From: Xylella taiwanensis
Lineage (GTDB): Bacteria; Pseudomonadota; Gammaproteobacteria; Xanthomonadales; Xanthomonadaceae
Length of the DNA: 32,000 nucleotides
Assembly: GCF_013177435.1 (NCBI RefSeq)
Contig: NZ_CP053627.1
Location: forward strand, 2,400,001 to 2,432,000
Reading direction: 5' to 3'
Shown: positions 1 to 8,350 of the stretch, piece by piece
Position numbering within the stretch: the first letter of the stretch is position 1
How the letters are laid out: every line of letters starts with the position of its first letter
Notes under the pieces: generated by a model
Databases searched by the model: none
Told to the model about the DNA's origin: nothing
The model's input: only the letters and a program-made list of their open reading frames with translations
Made by a program: the position numbers and the translations under genes

Positions 1-1
1 A

Positions 2-184
2 TTGGAACGACTGATGGCCGGGCGCACTACATTGATAATCGCACACCGCTTGGCCACCATCCTTCAAGCTGACCGAATCGTCGTGATCGATCAGGGCAGG
101 ATCGTAGCGCAGGGGACGCACAACGAACTCATCGCCGCTGGAGGCCTATACGCGAAGCTGGCGCGTCTGCAATTCATCGAATAA
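2..184 (+). CDS. ABC transporter ATP-binding/permease protein, C-terminal fragment (MsbA/lipid A exporter-like); the 5' part lies outside the window
   Basis: The frame is open to the window edge. The tail [52 protein letters not shown] carries the ABC H-loop context (IAHRL) and an MsbA-type C-terminus. Confidence 0.85.
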   Translation: MERLMAGRTTLIIAHRLATILQADRIVVIDQGRIVAQGTHNELIAAGGLYAKLARLQFIE

Positions 185-224
185 ACAGGTCACCGCAACG
201 CGGCTGCAAACAACTGTGCTCTCT

Positions 225-257
225 ATCACCTGACAAGAGTCAGGGTGATGTTTTGTG
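225..257 (+). terminator. Rho-independent terminator downstream of the ABC transporter gene
   Basis: ATCACCTGAC (225-234) pairs with GTCAGGGTGAT (239-249) as a 10-bp stem with one bulge and a 4-nt loop. GTTTTGTG follows directly. The hairpin lies 41 nt after the stop codon. Confidence 0.65.
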
Positions 258-1467
258 AGCAGTTTTCCACCATCAGCACTGACCGTTACCCGAGCACGGT
301 CATCGCATCCTCTGACAACCAGCCCTGACAACTTAAGCGCAAGATGCCTCACCGTAGGCACTCGCTGATAACCGTAAACAGCATCACTCTGGCTGACGTC
401 ACAGAACAAGCAGACAGCATTGCTCATGTTCATGCCTGGCATCTGTATAAACAATGCACGCAGATGATGCATCTGCGCACTGGTATTTTCTGGTGCACGC
501 TACAACTTCACAAACCCGATATAGGCTATCAACCTTAGCGATAGTGATGCTCGCTTACCGGTGTCACAGCAACAACACAAAGCGCCTACATTACCCTTGC
601 CAAATGTCATCAATCACACGATGCCATTCCTTTCCTTCTTGACGATTCACCTGTGCTGGCACCACACCTGTGTCGCCCCACCGCTGTTCACCATGCTGGT
701 AGTGCAGTGTAGAGCGCTCCGCATCAACGCATGCACCTGGACACGCTAATGCTCGCTGACAGACATGAGCGACACCGTCTACGCATCCATTGCCGAGTGT
801 CACCTGCTGATCCTATTAAGCATACAACCATCATTACCAGCCAACGTACCGCGCTCGCGGATAAATGGCTACCTTATAGGCATCCAGCGTCGGTATGCTG
901 CAATGATCTGATCTTCCCAAAACAAAGCGGAGCATCGAAATACAAGTCATTGACCATTGTTTCCCAGTAGCCAAGCTACAAGCAACCTTGGCACTGCCGA
1001 CAAATCGCCTCGCAGGGTGAAACACCGGTGAGTAACACCAGCACATGGCAGTAACACAACACGTTAAACGTCGCCCTCAGGGCGTTACGTGCGCTGCAAA
1101 ACCCACCTTATCCATCAGGTACGACAAACACCTTCGCTTCGTCAGACATATAAGTCGACTAGAAGCAGTGGGAAGCCATCCGAATCCATTCGCTGCTGGA
1201 TCAACGTTCATAAGGAACCAGAATCTATCGCCATACCGAGAACACCTCAACCATCACCTAAAATCGTTCCACTGCAAACCAAGTTCCTAACATCTTGGCA
1301 AGAGCACCGAGATTCTCAATGCAATGTGCTGAGTAGCTCATCGAATTAAAATAGTTTTATGTACTTAATCGAGACAAAATCATGATCCAGAGGCGGCACT
1401 TTCAACACGCACAGCATCATCTAACTTATGGATGATCCTCGAATCTCAACTCTTTCCGGAGGCAAGG

Positions 1468-1674
1468 ATGGACGACATCGCTATCGCCTTTGGTGCGTTC
1501 GAACTCAACATGTACAAGCACTCCAACGACAAGAACAACCTGCTCAGCAAAGTAATTCGCACGCATTATCAACGCATGACCTCCAATCACCTATTCGACA
1601 ACGTACGTAGCCACGAGCTACATAGCCCACGCCGTCAACAACGGATCAACATCAGTAACCATTCTTCACGATGA
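1468..1674 (+). CDS. Candidate 68-aa ORF, or the fossil 5' end of a lost gene
   Basis: The ATG at 1468 has a strong SD (GGAGG at 1458-1462, 5-nt spacer) and lies downstream of an AT-rich block (about 1340-1400). The N-terminal half, MDDIAIAFGAFELNMYKHSNDKNNLLSKVIRTHYQRM, looks protein-like. The C-terminal half is H/S/R/Q/N-rich, as expected from translating A+C-rich non-coding DNA. I recognise no family. Confidence 0.2.
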   Translation: MDDIAIAFGAFELNMYKHSNDKNNLLSKVIRTHYQRMTSNHLFDNVRSHELHSPRRQQRINISNHSSR

Positions 1675-2110
1675 TGAGCAACAATTCCGCGATCGCCTCT
1701 TGATGAGCCGCTCCGGCACCAGAAGCACACAGATGTATGAGATATCTTGGAATACTGCCCAAAGGCGTACTCAACAGACACTTGAAAACGTCTCAGAAGC
1801 ACGGTTCGCCTCTTGGCGAACTTGGGATCGCATACCTAACATTAGCTTTTACGAAGCCCTTCACACTATCTTAAAGATGCGTTACACGTCGCTGATAATC
1901 TGTGACATGACCTCACACTCCAGTACAGTGCAGATCCTGGCGCACATCCACACCAACGTGGACTTTATTCCTAAAGGCATATATGCCGCACACGATGACG
2001 ATGACTTCCAATATTGCAAGGCATGTGCATAGACCACACAGGCCAAGATCAATGCCCCCACATCAAAGCACCGCTAGAATACGCATCCCACCGCGTCGGA
2101 AATTCACACC

Positions 2111-2767
2111 ATGACGATCGATTTTTCCATGGCCCGCGAAAAAATGGTCGAACAGCAGATCCGTCCATGGGATGTGGCAGACCTGCACGTACTCGACGTG
2201 CTAGCACGCATACCACGCGAGGCGTTCGTCCCTGAACCCTACCGCACCTTAGCCTACGCAGATCTTGAAATCCCCTTGTCCAGCGGACAAACAATGATGA
2301 AGCCTGTCATTGAGGGCCGCATGCTTCAAGCCCTGATGTTGTCACCGGAAGAAGACATCTTGGAAATCGGCACCGGCAGTGGCTTCGTCACTGCTTGTTT
2401 GGCCTCGCTAGGACACGAGGTAGTCAGTCTGGAAATCGATTCAGCACTAGCTGCCTCAGCAGGTACGCACCTAGATACCATCGGCTTAAGCAGTAACGTA
2501 AGAATCGAGCAGGCCAACGCTTTCGCTTGGCACACCGAACGCCGCTTCAACGTGATTTGCCTAACCGGTGCAGTGAACACTCTGCCACTGCAATTTCTGC
2601 AATGGCTACACCCCAACGGCCGTATGTTCGCTGTACACGGCCACTCCCCAGTGATGCAGGCTGTCCTGGTCCGTGGAGACGCTGCTACCCCATACATCAC
2701 ATCCCTGTTTGAGACCGATCTAGCTTACCTCAAAGGTGGCGAGCCAGCCCCCCAATTCCAATTTTGA
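2111..2767 (+). CDS. pcm: Protein-L-isoaspartate O-methyltransferase family protein
   Basis: The 218-aa ORF has the SAM-binding motif ILEIGTGSGFVTACLA and the N-terminus MTIDFSMAREKMVEQQIRPWDV typical of the pcm-like gene that precedes tolC in Xanthomonadales. Confidence 0.85.
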   Translation: MTIDFSMAREKMVEQQIRPWDVADLHVLDVLARIPREAFVPEPYRTLAYADLEIPLSSGQTMMKPVIEGRMLQALMLSPEEDILEIGTGSGFVTACLASLGHEVVSLEIDSALAASAGTHLDTIGLSSNVRIEQANAFAWHTERRFNVICLTGAVNTLPLQFLQWLHPNGRMFAVHGHSPVMQAVLVRGDAATPYITSLFETDLAYLKGGEPAPQFQF

Positions 2768-2789
2768 TACTTGACTCAAGGATAACGAT

Positions 2790-4148
2790 ATGATCCACCG
2801 CTGCCTCACCCTGGCCGTGACCACCGCCTTATTTCCGGTCGTTTCGCAAGCAACCGACCTGCTGCAAGTCTACGAAATGGCACGCACTGCCGATCCTCAG
2901 TTAAGCGCCGCCGAATCAACTCGGCTATACAGCCGTGAAGGGCAAGTTCAAGCACGTGCAGCGCTGCTGCCACAGATGAACGGCACGGTCGCCCTGTCAC
3001 GTAGCCGCACTGAATACGACGGGATCAGCGGATCAGCCATCAGCAAGAACCGTCAATACAGCATCAACGGTACCCAAACCCTGTTTAACTGGAATCAGTT
3101 TGCCACCCTTCGGTCGCAACAGGCGGTCGCCAAAGCTGCGGACTTCACCCTGGAATCGGCCAAACAAAGCTTGATTGTGCGCAGCTCGGCTGCATACTTC
3201 AGCGTCTTGATCGGGATTGAATCACTGATCGCCGCAGAAGCCAACGAAGCGTCGGCCAAGCGCCAGTTCGATTACGCACAGAAACGTCTTGAGGTCGGTC
3301 TATCACCGATCACAGACCTGCATGAAGCACGCGCCAGCTACGACCAAGCCCGCGCAGACACCATCACTGCACGCAACACGCTGCAAGACTACTATCAGGC
3401 ATTGGCAGAAATCACCGGACAACCAGTCACCGACCTGCGCGGCCTGCCAGAAGACTTCCGACCAGAAGTACCAGCGAAATTCAGTAACATCGACCAGCTG
3501 GTCAGTGAAGCCATCTCCAACAATCCGTCGCTAAAAGCACAGCAACTGCAGGTCGATGCTGCAGAAGCTAGCATCTCAGCCGCACGTGGCGAGCACTACC
3601 CAACTCTGTCACTGGGTGGAAACCTGGGAAAAAGTAAAGCCTGGGGATCGTCCAGCGGCGCAATGAGCGCAATGATTCCCAGCAGGGACCTGCCAAGCAG
3701 CGACACCAACAACCTACAGTTGACCCTGACAGTACCATTCTTCGCTGGTGGTGCGACCCAATCTAGGGTGCGCCAAGCGATCGCACAGCACAACATCCAA
3801 CAGGATAACTACGAGCAGAATAAGCGCACGCTAAACCGTAATACACGCAATGCCTACCAAAATATGGTCGCCGGCATCAGCGAGGTCGAAGCACGCCGCT
3901 TAGCGGTCGTCTCAGCACAGGCGGCCCTGGATGCTTCTCAAGTCGGTCTGGAAGTCGGCACCCGAACCCTGCTGGACGTGGTGCAGAACCAACGTATCCT
4001 TTTCTCGGTACGGCAAACCTATGTACAAGCACGCTACAACTTCCTGCAAAACCGTCTCTTACTGGCTCAGAACAGCGGCACCCTGAACATTGAAGATGTA
4101 CAGGACATCAATCGCCTGCTCACTGCCAATGCCGAGAGCAAACTTTAA
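2790..4148 (+). CDS. tolC: Outer-membrane efflux channel TolC
   Basis: The 452-aa ORF has a signal peptide (MIHRCLTLAVTTALFPVVSQA) and starts with TDLLQVYEMARTADPQL. It has the two-repeat OEP architecture. An AAGGA SD lies 7 nt upstream, and the gene starts 22 nt after pcm. Confidence 0.93.
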   Translation: MIHRCLTLAVTTALFPVVSQATDLLQVYEMARTADPQLSAAESTRLYSREGQVQARAALLPQMNGTVALSRSRTEYDGISGSAISKNRQYSINGTQTLFNWNQFATLRSQQAVAKAADFTLESAKQSLIVRSSAAYFSVLIGIESLIAAEANEASAKRQFDYAQKRLEVGLSPITDLHEARASYDQARADTITARNTLQDYYQALAEITGQPVTDLRGLPEDFRPEVPAKFSNIDQLVSEAISNNPSLKAQQLQVDAAEASISAARGEHYPTLSLGGNLGKSKAWGSSSGAMSAMIPSRDLPSSDTNNLQLTLTVPFFAGGATQSRVRQAIAQHNIQQDNYEQNKRTLNRNTRNAYQNMVAGISEVEARRLAVVSAQAALDASQVGLEVGTRTLLDVVQNQRILFSVRQTYVQARYNFLQNRLLLAQNSGTLNIEDVQDINRLLTANAESKL

Positions 4149-4183
4149 GGAGGAAAGCACGATGCAGTAAACCCACACAAACG

Positions 4184-4217
4184 AACGCCATTAACAGTGA
4201 AGCGATGCGTTTTTTCC
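4184..4217 (+). terminator. Possible weak terminator after tolC
   Basis: AACGC (4184-4188) pairs with GCGTT (4207-4211) as only a 5-bp stem with a large loop. A T6 run (4210-4216) follows. Confidence 0.3.
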
Positions 4218-4501
4218 TGTTCTTTGACAAACTCATCCGGAAAAGTACCCCTGATCTGAAGCAAGCATCTTCGCTGCTACGCTCACCATCAACAGTGCAT
4301 TTGATGATATTGATACAGTGGTTGCGGTTAATACCATTGCTAACAGGAAGTGGGTTGACGCATTAGGGTACAACGCATCGGCAACACTATTACTCCCCTC
4401 AAACAAGCGTCTCTCTTTCGTATTTTTCCAATGTCACTAACGTTATAAGACAAAAAACTTTGAAGTAAAGAGAACCTATCTACAGATCAAAGGGAGTTCT
4501 T

Positions 4502-4672
4502 ATGCCCATGAATAAAACCGAAGATATGGACACATTTTTATATGATCCCGCCAACGCCTGGAAGGAACATCCAACCGCTGTACAGCTACCGACTATGCCA
4601 TGCAGAACAATCTTTCTTGAATATTGCCTCCCGGAATTCAACACAGATAACCAAAATATTCGGCAACGATAA
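4502..4672 (+). CDS. Candidate small protein (56 aa), below the ORF-track cutoff
   Basis: I translated ATG 4502 to TAA 4670-4672 by hand as MPMNKTEDMDTFLYDPANAWKEHPTAVQLPTMPCRTIFLEYCLPEFNTDNQNIRQR. A strong SD, AAAGGGAG, ends 5 nt upstream. I recognise no family. Confidence 0.3.
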   Translation: MPMNKTEDMDTFLYDPANAWKEHPTAVQLPTMPCRTIFLEYCLPEFNTDNQNIRQR

Positions 4673-4897
4673 CCGCGTTCATTCCAGACACTCTCAAGGC
4701 TTCTAAAGAGAAAAACCGCAAAAAATTAGCATCAATGACTTGAAGGCAACGGCTGTACTCATACAGCAATGCCACACCAAACAACAACGCTTACCTGGAA
4801 TAGACGCTTACACAGCACGACACCCACTGCCAAGACCACCAGAAGAACCATACATAAGCCCTGTATACCACCGTACAGCACCGGTGTAGAAACGAAT

Positions 4898-5650
4898 TCA
4901 ACCGGACAATAACAACTGCTCCAGCATCAGACCATCAGCGTCCACACGCAATACCGAGCCTTGCTGATACCAATCACCAAGCACCACACGCGTGCAAGCA
5001 CGCTCACCAACCTGTAAGGTGTGCAACGCTGGCCGGTGAGTATGGCCGTGAATGATGCGATCTACGCCATAGCAAGCAAACATCGCCTCGACTTCAGCAG
5101 CCACCACGTCGGTGATTTTTTCGAACTGCATGCCGTCATTCTCCTGCTTCAATCCAGACTGGTGCGCGTGGCTAGCCATACGCGCCTGCTGAGCAAAAGC
5201 AGCGCGCACGGAGAGAGCCTGTACCAAGAACTGAGCAATGAATTCCGGATTGCGTGTCTGCGTACGGAATGCTTGATACGTAATATCGTCGGTACACAAC
5301 AGGTCACCATGTAACAGCACTGTGGGTTCGCCATAGAGATCAACCACACATGGATCAGGAAGAATCCGGAAACCAGCACGCGCTGCATAACCAGCACCCA
5401 CCAGGAAATCGCGGTTACCTGGTATGAAGTATAGTGGCGTACCCATATCGGCCTGAATGCGCAACACAGCGGCCACCACATTCGCCACTTCCGAAGGCAT
5501 ATCGTCACCGATCCATACTTCGAACAGGTCGCCAAGAATGTATAGCGCATCGGCCCCAGACACCTGCTCTCGCAAGAATCGTAGAAATAATTCGGTCACA
5601 GTGGGACGTAACGGATCCAAGTGCAGATCGGAAATGATCAGAGTCGTCAT
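4898..5650 (-). CDS. lpxH: UDP-2,3-diacylglucosamine diphosphatase LpxH
   Basis: The 250-aa ORF starts [12 protein letters not shown]. The calcineurin-like metallophosphatase motifs [15 protein letters not shown] and HGHTH fit the LpxH family pattern. Confidence 0.93.
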   Translation of the reverse strand: MTTLIISDLHLDPLRPTVTELFLRFLREQVSGADALYILGDLFEVWIGDDMPSEVANVVAAVLRIQADMGTPLYFIPGNRDFLVGAGYAARAGFRILPDPCVVDLYGEPTVLLHGDLLCTDDITYQAFRTQTRNPEFIAQFLVQALSVRAAFAQQARMASHAHQSGLKQENDGMQFEKITDVVAAEVEAMFACYGVDRIIHGHTHRPALHTLQVGERACTRVVLGDWYQQGSVLRVDADGLMLEQLLLSG

Positions 5651-6252
5651 TCAATCATTGTAGTGGACTCAGGAAAGCGAATTGCGTGTAAACACGACGC
5701 AACGACTGAAACACTGAAAGGAAATTTAGAATGCCGTATACAGGACCAAACATCACGCACGCCGATGCGCACATGGCTGACACTGGCAATGACTATAAGA
5801 TTGTGCTTGTTAAGCAAGCTATCAATCCTCATCACACCAAGCAAGTCAATGGACACGCTATACATATTTCGACCAGCAGCCCCTTTGAAATCCAGGGTAT
5901 ACCCCAAAACATCATCAACCGTGCTGGGAATAGCGGTGGCACACGCTAGCATCACCAATGAACACACCCGCACCATCGCAGCTTAAAAAACGACGTAACA
6001 ATCCAAAGCACGTCAATTGAATACGCTGTTTCTGGTGATGGGGCAACGAACGCAGTACATCGCATTGACATCGATCACGCCACAATCAAAATTAAATTGT
6101 TTCACCATTTCAGCAGTAATCAGAGCAATATTGCAGTGCAACCCATCCTCATCGAGCGGACACAACCGTAATTCAAAAAATACGGCCCTGCTATCTGCTA
6201 TACCATACACAGCCTTCCATGCTTCCTCACCGTGCACATCCTTGCATATCAC
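5647..6252 (-). pseudogene. Possible decayed cyclophilin-type PPIase (ppiB) relic. Its last 109 codons (5647-5976) form an ORF whose stop overlaps the lpxH start.
   Basis: One minus-strand frame of 202 codons has only two internal stops (6013-6015 and 5983-5985). The terminal TGA overlaps the lpxH ATG as ATGA (5647-5650). Weak motif resemblance to recalled E. coli PpiB: TAEMVKQFNFDC against APETVKNFLDYC, and MYSVSIDLLGVMRIDSLLNK against GYCVFAEVVDGMDVVDKIKG. ppiB-lpxH adjacency is conserved in E. coli and Pseudomonas. Confidence 0.25.
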
Positions 6253-6602
6253 AGCATCCTCAAAACAAAAACGCTAATGATTGCTTGCACACTGACGTGT
6301 TCGAAACCTCTGACGACAGCAGGAAAACAATTACAGATCAACACTCGCAGAATGCAGCATCAACACCCATCGTATTGAATCTTGAAAAACATGAAGTCCG
6401 GATCATCTGTACCGATCTCTCTCGTAACCGGGGATCACTGCATCATATGAAGCACATATTGCACCACACCTGCTACAGCACAGCTACCGGAACTACTTTA
6501 CTATCGACCGGCCAACATAGATCGCCACCAGCGTGTGCGCATCCAAGCGGCAGATAGCGCGCAGCATCTGGGCTTACCAGACTGATTCGAACAACTGACT
6601 CT

Positions 6603-6623
6603 CTGCCCATGCCCGCATGGCAG
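6603..6623. repeat. Strong inverted repeat (hairpin) in the lpxH-ppx gap
   Basis: CTGCCCATG and CATGGCAG form an 8-9 bp stem with one bulge. The hairpin lies about 135 nt beyond the ppx stop. No U-tract follows on either strand. Confidence 0.4.
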
Positions 6624-6755
6624 ATACGTCAGAAATCTCGCTCGCACAGGAAGTGGCCGCAACTCACACGGGTGTAAGGCGTGCATCTAGCGCCATGCCG
6701 CGACAATGCAGTAAGCCGCCTGTAATCACCCGATCGACCATATACACCACACATG

Positions 6756-8282
6756 TCAAACTAGGGATAGTTTGAAGGCAATTTCCAAACCCGCCATTGA
6801 CTCAATCTCGGCATTCAAGTCACTGCGCAGTAGCGGACGCGAGGTCAACCAATCCTGGGGAACAGTCAACACCAGCACATCGCCCTCAACATGCAGATCC
6901 AAAGCGGGCACCAGATCGGGTTCACGCGCACGATGCAGCAATACGGCTAAACGCAGCAGCACAGCCCTGCGACGAACCGACACCCGTAGACGATCAGGTA
7001 AAACGTCGAAGGCGTTCTTAGGCACATGACGACGATGAGTACACACCAGTACAGCCAGTACTTGCTGCTCCTGCCGAGAGAAACCAGCAATGTCGGAATG
7101 CTCCAGCACGTAGCTGCCATGCACGTGGTAGTGACTGTGCGCAATCACTAACCCCAGCTCGTGCAAGCGCGCAGCCCAACTAAGCACACGAGCGTCGTCA
7201 GCCTCCAACGCCCAGGGACCGCAAACCTGCTTGAACAGCCACTGTGCCGTCGCTTCCACACGCAACGCCTGTTGTTCATCAATAGCATAGCGGTGCATCA
7301 ACACAGCCACCGAGGTATCGCGTGGGTCGTTGTCACCAGCACGACCGAGCATGTCGTAAAGGATACCTTCACGCATTGCTGCCTTGCTGACCAACAGCTT
7401 CTCCAGGCCAAGCGTCTGAAACACAGCCTCCAGCACCAATATGCCACCAGCAATGATTGGGCGGCGATAGGCCGACAAACCAGGCAAATGGATATCTTCG
7501 ATGTGCTTGGCTTTTAGCAGATCTTCACGCAATACCGGCAACGCTTGGGCGGTGATTTCCCCCTTGGTGAGTTTCATCTCTACGCAGATTTTGGCAATCG
7601 TTTTATGCGTCCCTGAAGAACCCAGTGCCTCATGCCAACCCAATGCCTTGTATTGGGCAGCAAATTGTTGGAACTCGGTACCGATCTCTGTCAGTGCATC
7701 CTTCCACCGCTTTTTGGACAATTTACCGTCTGGAAAAAAACGTCGTGTACTGGCGATACACCCTACCTGTACGCTCTCTCGCTCCAGAGGCTCGAAACCT
7801 TTGCCAATGATGAATTCGGTCGAGCCACCACCAATGTCAATCACCAATCGATGCTGATCCAATCTGGGCGGCTGCGCATGAGCGACACCAAGATAAATGA
7901 GACGCGCCTCTTCGCGGCCACTGACCACCTCAATCGCATGCCCCAAGGCGGTCTCAGCGAGCACCAGAAAGGTCTGTGGCGAATGGAGCCGACGCACCGT
8001 ATTGGTGGCCAAGGCGCGCACATGGGTGGATGGAATATTACGGAGGCGCTGCCCAAAGCGGGCCAAGCATTCGAGCGCACGCTGGCACGCCTTGCTCGAC
8101 AACCCCCCTTTAGCATCCAGTCCATCCGCGATACGCACCGTCTCGCGGAGACGATCGACCACATGCAATTGACCAAGCAGATAACGCGCGATCACCATGT
8201 GGAAACTGTTGGAGCCCAGATCAATGGCCGCCAAGAGGTCACCCTCCTTCAGCGGGGGATAGGATGGCAGCATATTGAGCAT
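6756..8282 (-). CDS. ppx: Exopolyphosphatase (Ppx/GppA family)
   Basis: The N-terminal ATPase motif AAIDLGSNSFHMVIAR, DIGGGSTEF and a C-terminal HD region identify the family. The longest ORF starts at GTG 8360 and overlaps ppk by 10 nt. ATG 8282 (MLNMLPSYPPLKEGDLLAAIDLGSNSFH) matches the usual distance to the first motif, so the start is uncertain. Confidence 0.9.
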   Translation of the reverse strand: MLNMLPSYPPLKEGDLLAAIDLGSNSFHMVIARYLLGQLHVVDRLRETVRIADGLDAKGGLSSKACQRALECLARFGQRLRNIPSTHVRALATNTVRRLHSPQTFLVLAETALGHAIEVVSGREEARLIYLGVAHAQPPRLDQHRLVIDIGGGSTEFIIGKGFEPLERESVQVGCIASTRRFFPDGKLSKKRWKDALTEIGTEFQQFAAQYKALGWHEALGSSGTHKTIAKICVEMKLTKGEITAQALPVLREDLLKAKHIEDIHLPGLSAYRRPIIAGGILVLEAVFQTLGLEKLLVSKAAMREGILYDMLGRAGDNDPRDTSVAVLMHRYAIDEQQALRVEATAQWLFKQVCGPWALEADDARVLSWAARLHELGLVIAHSHYHVHGSYVLEHSDIAGFSRQEQQVLAVLVCTHRRHVPKNAFDVLPDRLRVSVRRRAVLLRLAVLLHRAREPDLVPALDLHVEGDVLVLTVPQDWLTSRPLLRSDLNAEIESMAGLEIAFKLSLV

Positions 8283-8350
8283 ATCAGGGTTATGGTAGCT
8301 GAAAATCTCATCAGCGCTGTAAACATCACCGCCAGATTGCAACGAAACAC

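Noticed and set aside
344-2032. A series of 60-110-aa + strand ORFs in the 1.9-kb gap: 344-538, 454-642, 561-749, 731-970, 1045-1290, 1089-1349 and 1700-2032.
   Set aside because: They overlap one another, lack RBSs, and have the H/T/P/Q/S/R/C-rich composition expected from translating A+C-rich DNA. Only the SD-led start at 1468 was kept, as a low-confidence candidate.
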